Of a stretch of 64,000 nucleotides of DNA, positions 27,201 through 39,532 are shown piece after piece. Each line of letters begins with the position of its first letter. Position 1 is the stretch's first letter. The stretch covers positions 310,001-374,000 of the forward strand of contig NIVC01000011.1 in NCBI GenBank assembly GCA_002269645.1, in the 5' to 3' direction. This stretch comes from Macrostomum lignano. Taxonomy: Eukaryota. The position numbers and the translations under genes are program-made. A model generated the notes under the pieces. The model was not told where the DNA came from. It did not search any database and worked only from the letters and a program-made list of their open reading frames with translations.

Positions 27201-30200
27201 AGTAGCTGTCCGGAGGGTGTCAGAGTAGCTGTCAGGAGGATGTCAGAGTATCAGTCAGGAGGATGTCAGAGTAGCTGTCAGGAGGGTGTCAGAGTAGCTG
27301 TCAGGAGGATGTCAGAGTAGCTGTCAGGAGGGTGTCAGAGTAGCTGTCAGGAGGATGTCAGAGTATCAGTCAGGAGGGTGTCAGAGTAGCTGTCAGGAGG
27401 ATGTCAGAGTAGCTGTCAGGAGGATGTCAGAGTAGCTGTCAGGAGGGTGTCAGAGTAGCTGTCAGGAGGATGTCAGAGTATCAGTCAGGAGGATGTCAGA
27501 GTATCAGTCAGGAGGATGTCAGAGTATCAGTCAGGAGGATGTCAGAGTAGCTGTCAGGAGGGTGTCAGAGTATCAGTCAGGAGGGTGCCAGAGTAGCTGT
27601 CAGGAGGATGTCAGAGTATCAGTCAGGAGGATGTCAGAGTAGCTGTCAGGAGGATGTCAGAGTATCAGTCAGGAGGATGTCAGAGTAGCTGTCAGGAGGG
27701 TGCCAGAGTAGCTGTCAGGAGGATGTCAGAGTATCAGTCAGGAGGATGTCAGAGTATCAGTCAGGAGGGTGTCAGAGTAGCTGTCAGGAGGATGTCAGAG
27801 TAGCTGTCAGGAGGATGTCAGAGTAGCTGTCCGGAGGGTGTCAGAGTAGCTGTCAGGAGGATGTCAGAGTATCAGTCAGGAGGATGTCAGAGTAGCTGTC
27901 AGGAGGGTGTCAGAGTATCAGTCAGGAGGATGTCAGAGTATCAGTCAGGAGGGTGTCAGAGTATCAGTCAGGAGGATGTCAGAGTATCAGTCAGGAGGAT
28001 GTCAGAGTATCAGTCAGGAGGATGTCAGAGTATCAGTCAGGAGGATGTCAGAGTATCAGTCAGAAGGATGTCAGAGTAGCTGTCAGGAGGGTGTCAGAGT
28101 AGCTGTCAGGAGGGTGTCAGAGTAGCTGTCAGGAGGGTGTCAGAGTAGCTGTCAGGAGGATGTCAGAGTAGCTGTCAGGAGGATGTCAGAGTATCAGTCA
28201 GGAGGATGTCAGAGTAGCTGTCAGGAGGATGTCAGAGTATCAGTCAGGAGGGTGTCAGAGTATCAGTCAGGAGGATGTCAGCAGTATCAGTCAGTGAGGA
28301 TGTCAGAGTATCAGTCAGGAGGATGTCAGAGTATCAGTCAGGAGGATGTCAGAGTATCAGTCAGGAGGATGTCAGAGTATCAGTCAGGAGGATGTCAGAG
28401 TAGCTGTCAGGAGGGTGTCAGAGTATCAGTCAGGAGGGTGTCAGAGTAGCTGTCAGGAGGGTGTCAGAGTAGCTGTCAGGAGGGTGTCAGAGTAGCTGTC
28501 AGGAGGATGTCAGAGTATCAGTCAGGAGGATGTCAGAGTAGCTGTCAGGAGGATGTCAGAGTATCAGTCAGGAGGATGTCAGAGTAGCTGTCAGGAGGGT
28601 GCCAGAGTAGCTGTCAGGAGGATGTCAGAGTATCAGTCAGGAGGATGTCAGAGTATCAGTCAGGAGGGTGTCAGAGTAGCTGTCAGGAGGATGTCAGAGT
28701 AGCTGTCAGGAGGATGTCAGAGTAGCTGTCAGGAGGATGTCAGAGTATCAGTCAGGAGGATGTCAGAGTAGCTGTCAGGAGGGTGTCAGAGTAGCTGTCA
28801 GGAGGATGTCAGAGTAGCTGTCAGGAGGGTGTCAGAGTAGCTGTCAGGAGGATGTCAGAGTATCAGTCAGGAGGGTGTCAGAGTAGCTGTCAGGAGGATG
28901 TCAGAGTAGCTGTCAGGAGGGTGTCAGAGTAGCTGTCAGGAGGATGTCAGAGTAGCTGTCAGGAGGATGTCAGAGTATCAGTCAGGAGGATGTCAGAGTA
29001 GCTGTCAGGAGGATGTCAGAGTAGCTGTCAGGAGGATGTCAGAGTAGCTGTCAGGAGGATGTCAGAGTATCAGTCAGGAGGATGTCAGAGTATCAGTCAG
29101 GAGGGTGTCAGAGTAGCTGTCAGGAGGATGTCAGAGTAGCTGTCAGGAGGATGTCAGAGTAGCTGTCCGGAGGGTGTCAGAGTAGCTGTCAGGAGGATGT
29201 CAGAGTATCAGTCAGGAGGATGTCAGAGTAGCTGTCAGGAGGGTGTCAGAGTAGCTGTCAGGAGGATGTCAGAGTATCAGTCAGGAGGATGTCAGAGTAT
29301 CAGTCAGGAGGATGTCAGAGTATCAGTCAGGAGGATGTCAGAGTATCAGTCAGGAGGATGTCAGAGTAGCTGTCAGGAGGGTGTCAGAGTAGCTGTCAGG
29401 AGGGTGTCAGAGTAGCTGTCAGGAGGGTGTCAGAGTAGCTGTCAGAAGGATGTCAGAGTAGCTGTCAGGAGGATGTCAGAGTATCAGTCAGGAGGATGTC
29501 AGAGTAGCTGTCAGGAGGGTGTCAGAGTAGCTGTCAGGAGGGTGTCAGAGTATCAGTCAGGAGGATGTCAGAGTATCAGTCAGGAGGATGTCAGAGTATC
29601 AGTCAGGAGGATGTCAGAGTAGCTGTCAGGAGGTGTCAGAGTATCAGTCAGGAGGTGCCAGAGTAGCTGTCAGGGGGTGTCAGAGTAGCTGTCAGGAGGG
29701 TGTCAGAGTAGCTGTCAGGAGGATGTCAGAGTATCAGTCAGGAGGGTGTCAGAGTAGCTGTCAGGAGGATGTCAGAGTATCAGTCAGGAGATGTCAGAGT
29801 AGCTGTCAGGAGGGTGCCAGAGTAGCTGTCAGGAGGATGTCAGAGTATCAGTCAGAGGATGTCAGAGTAGCTGTCAGGAGGGTGTCAGAGTATCAGTCAG
29901 GAGGGTGTCAGAGTAGCTGTCAGGAGGATGTCAGAGTAGCTGTCAGGAGGATGTCAGAGTAGCTGTCCGGAGGGTGTCAGAGTAGCTGTCAGGAGGATGT
30001 CAGAGTATCAGTCAGGAGGATGTCAGAGTAGCTGTCAGGGGGTGTCAGAGTAGCTGTCAGGAGGGTGTCAGAGTAGCTGTCAGGAGGATGTCAGAGTAGC
30101 TGTCAGGAGGATGTCAGGTATCAGTCAGGAGGATGTCAGAGTAGCTGTCAGGAGGATGTCAGAGTAGCTGTCAGGAGGATGTCAGAGTAGCTGTCAGGAG

Positions 30201-33200
30201 GATGTCAGAGTATCAGTCAGGAGGATGTCAGAGTATCAGTCAGGAGGGTGTCAGAGTAGCTGTCAGGAGGATGTCAGAGTAGCTGTCAGGAGGATGTCAG
30301 AGTAGCTGTCAGGAGGGTATCAGAGTAGCTGTCAGGAGGATGTCAGAGTATCAGTCAGGAGGATGTCAGAGTAGCTGTCAGGAGGGTGTCAGAGTAGCTG
30401 TCAGGAGGATGTCAGAGTATCAGTCAGGAGGATGTCAGAGTATCAGTCAGGAGGATGTCAGAGTATCAGTCAGGAGGATGTCAGAGTATCAGTCAGGAGG
30501 ATGTCAGAGTAGCTGTCAGGAGGGTGTCAGAGTAGCTGTCAGGAGGGTGTCAGAGTAGCTGTCAGGAGGGTGTCAGAGTAGCTGTCAAGAAGGATGTCAG
30601 AGTAGCTGTCAGGAGGATGTCAGAGTATCAGTCAGGAGGATGTCAGAGTAGCTGTCAGGAGGGTGTCAGAGTAGCTGTCAGGAGGATGTCAGAGTATCAG
30701 TCAGGAGGATGTCAGCAGTATCAGTCAGGAGGATGTCAGAGTATCAGTCAGGAGGATGTCAGAGTAGCTGTCAGGAGGGTGTCAGAGTATCAGTCAGGAG
30801 GGTGCCAGAGTAGCTGTCAGGAGGGTGTCAGAGTAGCTGTCAGGAGGGTGTCAGAGTAGCTGTCAGGAGGATGTCAGAGTATCAGTCAGGAGGGTGTCAG
30901 AGTAGCTGTCAGGAGGATGTCAGAGTATCAGTCAGGAGGATGTCAGAGTAGCTGTCAGGAGGGTGCCAGAGTAGCTGTCAGGAGGATGTCAGAGTATCAG
31001 TCAGGAGGATGTCAGAGTAGCTGTCAGGAGGGTGTCAGAGTATCAGTCAGGAGGGTGTCAGAGTAGCTGTCAGGAGGATGTCAGAGTAGCTGTCAGGAGG
31101 ATGTCAGAGTAGCTGTCCGGAGGGTGTCAGAGTAGCTGTCAGGAGGATGTCAGAGTATCAGTCAGGAGGATGTCAGAGTAGCTGTCAGGAGGGTGTCAGA
31201 GTAGCTGTCAGGAGGATGTCAGAGTAGCTGTCAGGAGGGTGTCAGAGTAGCTGTCAGGAGGATGTCAGAGTATCAGTCAGGAGGTGTCAGAGTAGCTGTC
31301 AGAGGATGTCAGAGTAGCTGTCAGGAGGATGTCAGAGTAGCTGTCAGGAGGGTGTCAGAGTAGCTGTCAGGAGGATGTCAGAGTATCAGTCAGGAGGATG
31401 TCAGAGTATCAGTCAGGAGGATGTCAGAGTATCAGTCAGGAGGATGTCAGAGTAGCTGTCAGGAGGGTGTCAGAGTATCAGTCAGGAGGGTGCCAGAGTA
31501 GCTGTCAGGAGGATGTCAGAGTATCAGTCAGGAGGATGTCAGAGTAGCTGTCAGGAGGATGTCAGAGTATCAGTCAGGAGGATGTCAGAGTAGCTGTCAG
31601 GAGGGTGTCAGAGTAGCTGTCAGGAGGATGTCAGAGTATCAGTCAGGAGGATGTCAGAGTATCAGTCAGGAGGGTGTCAGAGTAGCTGTCAGGAGGATGT
31701 CAGAGTAGCTGTCAGGAGGATGTCAGAGTAGCTGTCCGGAGGGTGTCAGAGTAGCTGTCAGGAGGATGTCAGAGTATCAGTCAGGAGGATGTCAGAGTAG
31801 CTGTCAGGAGGGTGTCAGAGTATCAGTCAGGAGGATGTCAGAGTATCAGTCAGGAGGGTGTCAGAGTATCAGTCAGGAGGATGTCAGAGTATCAGTCAGG
31901 AGGATGTCAGAGTATCAGTCAGGAGGATGTCAGAGTATCAGTCAGGAGGATGTCAGAGTATCAGTCAGAAGGATGTCAGAGTAGCTGTCAGGAGGGTGTC
32001 AGAGTAGCTGTCAGGAGGATGTCAGAGTAGCTGTCAGGAGGGTGTCAGAGTAGCTGTCAGGAGGATGTCAGAGTAGCTGTCAGGAGGATGTCAGAGTATC
32101 AGTCAGGAGGATGTCAGAGTAGCTGTCAGGAGGATGTCAGAGTATCAGTCAGGAGGGTGTCAGAGTATCAGTCAGGAGGATGTCAGAGTATCAGTCAGGA
32201 GGATGTCAGAGTAGCTGTCAGGAGGATGTCAGAGTATCAGTCAGGAGGATGTCAGAGTATCAGTCAGGAGGATGTCAGAGTATCAGTCAGGAGGATGTCA
32301 GAGTAGCTGTCAGGAGGGTGTCAGAGTATCAGTCAGGAGGGTGCCAGAGTAGCTGTCAGGAGGGTGTCAGAGTAGCTGTCAGGAGGGTGTCAGAGTAGCT
32401 GTCAGGAGGATGTCAGAGTATCAGTCAGGAGGATGTCAGAGTATCAGTCAGGAGGGTGTCAGAGTAGCTGTCAGGAGGATGTCAGAGTAGCTGTCAGGAG
32501 GATGTCAGAGTAGCTGTCAGGAGGATGTCAGAGTATCAGTCAGGAGGATGTCAGAGTAGCTGTCAGGAGGGTGTCAGAGTAGCTGTCAGGAGGATGTCAG
32601 AGTAGCTGTCAGGAGGGTGTCAGAGTAGCTGTCAGGAGGATGTCAGAGTATCAGTCAGGAGGGTGTCAGAGTAGCTGTCAGGAGGATGTCAGAGTAGCTG
32701 TCAGGAGGGTGTCAGAGTAGCTGTCAGGAGGATGTCAGAGTAGCTGTCAGGAGGATGTCAGAGTATCAGTCAGGAGGATGTCAGAGTAGCTGTCAGGAGG
32801 ATGTCAGAGTAGCTGTCAGGAGGATGTCAGAGTAGCTGTCAGGAGGATGTCAGAGTATCAGTCAGGAGGATGTCAGAGTATCAGTCAGGAGGGTGTCAGA
32901 GTAGCTGTCAGGAGGATGTCAGAGTAGCTGTCAGGAGGATGTCAGAGTAGCTGTCCGGAGGGTGTCAGAGTAGCTGTCAGGAGGATGTCAGAGTATCAGT
33001 CAGGAGGATGTCAGAGTAGCTGTCAGGAGGGTGTCAGAGTAGCTGTCAGGAGGATGTCAGAGTAGCTTTCAGGAGGGTGTCAGAGTAGCTGTCAGGAGGA
33101 TGTCAGAGTATCAGTCAGGAGGGTGTCAGAGTAGCTGTCAGGAGGATGTCAGAGTAGCTGTCAGGAGGATGTCAGAGTAGCTGTCAGGAGGGTGTCAGAG

Positions 33201-34356
33201 TAGCTGTCAGGAGGATGTCAGAGTATCAGTCAGGAGGATGTCAGAGTATCAGTCAGGAGGATGTCAGAGTATCAGTCAGGAGGATGTCAGAGTAGCTGTC
33301 AGGAGGGTGTAAGAGTATCAGTCAGGAGGGTGTCAGAGTAGCTGTCAGGAGGATGTCAGAGTATCAGTCAGGAGGATGTCAGAGTAGCTGTCAGGAGGGT
33401 GTCAGAGTATCAGTCAGGAGGATGTCAGAGTAGCTGTCAGGAGGATGTCAGAGTAGCTGTCCGGAGGATGTCAGAGTATCAGTCAGGAGGATGTCAGAGT
33501 ATCAGTCAGGAGGATGTCAGAGTATCAGTCAGGAGGATGTCAGAGTATCAGTCAGGAGGATGTCAGAGTAGCTGTCAGGAGGATGTCAGAGTAGCTGTCA
33601 GGAGGATGTCAGAGTAGCTGTCAGGAGGATGTCAGAGTAGCTGTCAGGAGGATGTCAGAGTATCAGTCAGGAGGATGTCAGAGTAGCTGTCAGGAGGATG
33701 TCAGAGTATCAGTCAGGAGGATGTCAGAGTATCAGTCAGGAGGATGTCAGAGTATCAGTCAGGAGGATGTCAGAGTAGCTGTCAGGAGGGTGTCAGAGTA
33801 GCTGTCAGGAGGGTGTCAGAGTAGCTGTCAGGAGGGTGTCAGAGTAGCTGTCAGGAGGGTGTCAGAGTAGCTGTCAGGAGGGTGTCAGAGTAGCTGTCAG
33901 GAGGTGTCAGAGTAGCTGTCAGGAGGGTGTCAGAGTAGCTGTCAGGAGGATGTCAGAGTAGCTGTCAGGAGGATGTCAGAGTAGCTGTCAGGAGGATGTC
34001 AGAGTATCAGTCAGGAGGATGTCAGAGTAGCTGTCAGGAGGATGTCAGAGTATCAGTCAGGAGGATGTCAGAGTATCAGTCAGGAGGATGTCAGAGTATC
34101 AGTCAGGAGGATGTCAGAGTAGCTGTCAGGAGGGTGTCAGAGTAGCTGTCAGGAGGGTGTCAGAGTAGCTGTCAGGAGGATGTCAGAGTAGCTGTCAGGA
34201 GGATGTCAGAGTAGCTGTCAGGAGGGTGTCAGAGTAGCTGTCAGGAGGGTGTCAGAGTAGCTGTCAGGAGGGTGTCAGAGTAGCTGTCAGGAGGGTGTCA
34301 GAGTAGCTGTCAGGAGGATGTCAGAGTAGCTGTCAGGAGGGTGTCAGAGTAGCTGT
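24257..34356. repeat. 23-bp minisatellite, ~440 copies (GTCAGAGTA[GCT/TCA]GTCAGGAGG[A/G]T)
   Basis: Direct reading. Two dimorphic sites, and identical spurious ORFs recur at a 3905-bp offset. Confidence 0.98.
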
Positions 34357-35307
34357 TCGTAAAATTTTGAATGTGTGTCAGGTTCCTTATCAGATTGCCA
34401 CAATCTTAATCCAATAATAAAAAGCCTGAAAATGATTCTAGTCACTAATTGCCGTTACACCTAATCAATCAACCTGTCACCTTGCAGTTGAGTATTTTTG
34501 GCTTCACTCCAGACTGACCTGCAAAATTGAGCAAATTTGTTCGTGACCTCGCATAAATTCTGCTCAGTCCGCAGTTGAAGCGAGAGCTCAATAGAGTCTG
34601 ATATGTTTTTCTGGCCTGCCCATTTTCAGCCTAAAAAAGTGAAAATAAAAAAATTCGCGAAAGACCTCTCGACACTATTGGATGCAATTGCTACGCAGGA
34701 AGAAACGTCTCAATAGAAAGTAGAGACGGGGGAAGAGGCAAGCAGGAGAGGCGATTCGAAATTTCTTTGCTTTGCTCGGTTGTTTTAGGCTTGCTGGGTT
34801 GGTGGGGCCGAAGGGGAGGAAGGAAGGAATTAATTAAATCAGGTGCACAGGCGTGACAAATCCTGACTCAAAACACGCCAGAGCCATACAGCTCAGGCTT
34901 TCCCTCTCTCTCTTTTCACTTCAACCCTCAAGGCCCTGTCTCGGGTGTTAAGTTGAGTTTGAGTTGCCCGCGCCCTATCCGAGTAGCCGCCTGGCTTTTT
35001 TAGCAAGTCTGAATACTCGCCAGGGGTCGAGGCGGAGCTGCAACTCGAGCTCGTCTGAGATCTCACGCTGGCCCTGAAGTGGACTGAAAATTAATGTACA
35101 GCACGAACTTCTGCTTCTAGCCAAGATCCGAAGCCGCTCTGGAGGGTACTCGGGGGCTGTTCAGAGTCGCCGGAATATGCCGGACCTCCCGCTGCTTAAT
35201 TAGCAAAGTCACGCAGAACAAACACGGCCCTTCAGCTGTATGGGTGTTAATAATTACCACTCATTCCGGTTCCTGCCCCTCCCTGTCTACCGGCCCGGCT
35301 GTCTCAC

Positions 35308-38121
35308 CTGCTTAATGTCGTCTCCGTGTTGTTGCTGCTGCTGCTGCTGCAACGACATCATTGTCAGCGGGGAGCCCGGCCGCGACCAGGCGTAATAATC
35401 CTGCTGGTGCCGCTTCAAGGAGCCGTGAGGCGGCTGATGCTGATGCTGCAACAGGTGCTGCAGCTGGTGCTGGCACTGGTGCTGCTGCTGGTGCAGCAGT
35501 CGGGCATCGTAGGGCGGCACGGGGCTCTCCCGGTGGTAGCCATGGAAATCCTCAGCGTTAGCGCGCATCTTCAAGCGCGCCTCGGCCAGATCGGAAGCGC
35601 CTGCCTCGGCGACACCAGCGCCAAGGTCGTCCGGACTGTCTGCCCGGCCGCGCACGTAGCAAATCGCCACGATGAGGCCAACAGCGATGACCACCGTGCC
35701 GGCGATGATGAGAATCAGGATGATGAGGCCGCTGATGCCGGCCGAGGCGAAGTGAGCCTCAGGCGGAGCTGTCAGTCGCACGTAGAATGTGGTCTCGCTG
35801 CTCAGTCGCACACGGCTGCCTTGGTCGGTCACCTGCACGGTGAGATAGTACAGCCCGGGCGTTGGGGGAGCCTCCTCGGGCCGCCACACCGAGTGAATCT
35901 CGCCGCTCTGCCTGTCGATGTCGAAGAGGGAGCTGGCATTGGACGCCAGCAGGCGGTAGTCGACTGTACGATTCTCTCCAGCGTCTTTGTCCTCAGCCTC
36001 GACAGTTATCAGAAGGGTCTTGCGGGGTACGTTTGTGTAGAAGACATTGCCGATGCCTAGTAGTGCTCCAGGTCGTGGCTTAACCACCGTTGGTGGACAG
36101 TCGTTGACGTCGCCGATGTTGACTGTCAGCACAGCCGTTGAGCTTCTCCTTCGCAATCCCATGTCCCAGGCGGTTAGCGCCACGGGCATGCTTGACCAAG
36201 TCTCCCTGTCGATTGGCTTTCTGACCGTCAGGGTGCCGTTGCGATGCAGGCTGAAGTACTCGTTGACTGGGCGATGCTCTTCGCTGCTGCTCAGATCGAA
36301 ATCGACCGTGCCATTCTCGCCTAAATCCGGGTCGGCGAAAGACACTTGAGCTACCGGGGTGCCTGGCGGGCTGTTTTCCTGGACGCTGGCAATCAAGGGA
36401 CCGGTGTAGTAGGGGTCATTGTCATTGACGTCGAGAAGCTCAATGACAACTGTCGCTGTGTCCGACAGGTTGCCTCGGTCTCTAGCTATGACGTTGAAGC
36501 GCAGGTTTTTTGCGGTCTCACGGTCCAATGGCACTTTGACTTTGATGCTGCCTTCGCTATCGATAGTGAAGTTGCGCTGCCCGATCTCGTCAAGCAAGTA
36601 TTCGATTTCGCCGTAGAAGCCTTTATCGCGATCGGTTGCGCTCACCTTTAACGCTTGCCTGTTCACTGAAAGGTCTTCATCCACCTGCTTGAAGTAGCTT
36701 TTTGAGATGAATTTCGGTGGGTCATCGTTCGTCTCACGAATCGGTATGATGAACGACTGTCGCGTGGTCCTTACTGGCGATGCATTGTCCAGACACTTAA
36801 TATCCACCTTTTCCTCCTGGGCTACCTCATAGTCGAAGGTGGTGGTGCTGTACATGTTGTAGGTTGCTTGCTCCACAGTGTCAGTGGGACTGGATATTGT
36901 GTTCCTTTCCAACTTAAACTTGGGATTTGACTCAAGCATGCACTGCACCTTGCCGATAGACACAGCATCTGCATCAGTTACCTGGATGGCCTTGACCAGA
37001 ACCTCCGGCGGACGATGTTCATCAAGTTGATAGTTCGCCAGCTCTTTAATCACCGGCTCATTGTCGTTGATATCAGTGACGCTGATGCTGACTGTACACG
37101 TCGATGATTGTGGAGGACTGCCTTGATCGCGAGCCTCAATAAACACCTTGGCAGTTCGCTGCTGGGGCACCTCGTAGTCCAAGCTCTGATTAAGAAAGAG
37201 GCCCCAGAAACCGTTTTCAATCCGAACATCGAAAAAGCTGTTTAAGGTCGGCGGATCCACCGCAGCGATGCGGTAGATGACTTTCGCGTTCCGCCCTGCA
37301 TCCTTGTCACTAGCGGTCAGCGGACTGATCGGGTCGTTGTTGACTCTTCTGTTCTCGGGGAATTCTGACTTAACAAACGTTCCCTGGTCAAAAATTGGAG
37401 GATTGTCGTTGACGTCGCCTACTCGAACTGTGATGACCACGGAACCCTCGTGCTCGCCGTCATTGGCTCGCAGTGTTACCTGGTACTGCGGCTCGGTCTC
37501 TCTGTCTAGGGGGCGCAGCAGTTTTATATGCGGAACACCGGATTTTAGCACCACAGCAAAAGTACCAGTCGGGTCAGTGAGATTGTACGCCTTGACTGAG
37601 AAAGCTGGGGAATCTTTGTCTACTGCTGCAGGCAGTTTGACATTGTCCGAGCCAACCACAGCGTCTTCTCGAATGTCGATTGGCCCAGAGTTAGGGAAGC
37701 TTGGCGCCTCGTCGTTCTCATCAATGAGCACAAGCTGGAAGGTGAGCGTTCGTGCTGAGTCGGCTGGACGTACCGTCACTGAGGCGATGAACTCCATCCG
37801 GCACTCGAGGCTGCCGCAGCAGTCTAGCTTTGAGCAGATCTCGTCCCTATCGATGTCTCGATTAGAGGAAATGGTGCCCAACCGGTCAACCACGAAGAAT
37901 CCTTCGAGCTGAGTCTGGTACGGGCGCAGGCTGACTCGATAATAGCCGCTCGGATCTCCAGCAGGTGGCGGCGGGAAGTCCCGGCTCAGCGCGGTCAAGC
38001 TGGCCACTTTGCTGTTGAAGTTGATGTTGTCAGACAGTCTCGTCTCTGAGGCGACTGCGAAACGCAGACTTGCTACGAAGATAAAAGCGCCAACCAGATG
38101 AAGCATTCTCAGCCCTTTCAT
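35308..38121 (-). CDS. Protocadherin, coding exon 1 (signal peptide, 7 EC repeats, TM, proximal cytoplasmic tail; 938 aa)
   Basis: 944-aa ORF starts MKGLRMLHLVGAFIFVASLRFAVA (signal peptide). Repeated cadherin motifs: DRE/DYE (IDRDE, LDRET, LDYEV, FDYEV, LDRET, IDRET), AxDxD (AVDKD, ASDKD, VTDAD, ATDRD, FADPD, AEDKD) and DxNDNxP linkers (DENDEAP, DVNDNPP, DINDNEP, ETNDDPP, DVNDNDP, DVNDCPP). Hydrophobic TM ISGLIILILIIAGTVVIAVGLIVAICYV. The entire ectodomain is in one exon, typical of protocadherins. Donor AAGCAG|GTGAGA at 35308/35307 (phase 0), so the ORF-track ending VRQPGR* is probably intronic read-through. Confidence 0.95.
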
Positions 38122-39532
38122 CTGGCGCTTCTGGTTTTGAGATAAGTTAGCCGTTCGAGTTTCAACTAAATCCCATGCGAATCATCCTCGGTCGGTGGGA
38201 TGTTTGAGTAAAATTTTCGACGTCCAACTGAGGAAACTTTCAAGCCACCGAGCGCGTGTTTTGTATTTCGAGTTTCGTTGATGCCACGCGATGGCTTCAG
38301 AGTAGAAGAGAGATGAGAGTTCTGTGAGGAAGGCAGAGGGCTGCATCGAAGTTTTACTAACTAAAGGAGAGACGAGCCTCCTGCCAATGCGATTCGTTCA
38401 TTCGCTTTCGTGGACTGCTATTGGTCCAGGCAATGAGCTGCCCTGTCAGACCTTAGAGTAGCTTGCTGTGTTCCTATTGAAACTGAAGGCTTGTTTTCTT
38501 TTCTTCCTCACGCACACACACATACAAACACACTCCACCCCACTCAGGGTGGGCGGAGATCGGGCGTCATACTCGTTGGTTGTGCGCCCCCCCCCCCGTG
38601 AAGATAGATGAAGTGTCACGATGACACACAGTTAGTTGATGTGGCTGATCAACCACCTCTCATTTACTCTTGCAATTGAATAACGGGTTGCAGAGAGCTG
38701 CTATAAGTAGGAGATACAATTTAGATGGGTTTTTAGACACGATTTAAAGGTTCAATTCCCACAGTTTTTTTTCACAAAACCCTCTGCTTTGTAGTTGCCA
38801 GTCTGTATAAATCGCCCCTGGCGCCGTTGGAGAGGGGGGAGTTTTTGTTCCACCGGACTAAACTAAAAACTGGGCAGCAAATTAATATTTCATCGAATGG
38901 ATGGGGGGAGCTGGTCAAGGTGTGCAAGCAGTGGGCAGGTGGCAGTTGGACTCCTCCCACTTATATTGAATGGTATAGGCCCTCTAAACAGAGCGTGCTA
39001 ATGTAAAGTGGCGTTTTGTTGTTCCAATCCCCTGAGACCATGCAGGTCTCTGGCGCAAACTGAAAGCTGTGCACGCCTCCAGCTGTCTCCGACTCAAGCC
39101 GGTCCATGCAGTCTTGTCATCACCATCGATGAGCGCAGATGAACGGCCCACGTTCCGTCAGGCTCTTGGGAAGGGTGGCAAGCGTCTCACGCAGGAATAC
39201 AAGTAAAAGTTGCCTTTCCCTTTCTCTCTGTGTGTTTATGATGTGGCGTATGGCCCTCCGCGTCCAGCTTCCCATTTTGTCCAATCTGCAGTCCCATAAC
39301 CAGCTTCCTTCTTGCGCACACAAACTCCTTGCAAAGTCGTTTGAGCGGCTCAAAGCTGACCACCTGTCAATCATTTTATCACTCAATCTTCCTATGCTTA
39401 TATCCCCCCCAGTGCAGTCGCATTGTCTGCAGCATTGCAGCAAAGTGGCGCCTGGAAATTCAAGTGAAAAGCGACGGATTGGAGCTTTTTGGAAGCCAAG
39501 AAAAATAAAGTCTTGTGGTCTTGTAATATTCG

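Noticed and set aside
35326-37912. Plus-strand ORFs (244, 211, ~100 aa) over the cadherin exon
   Set aside because: Antisense shadows of a GC-rich coding exon.
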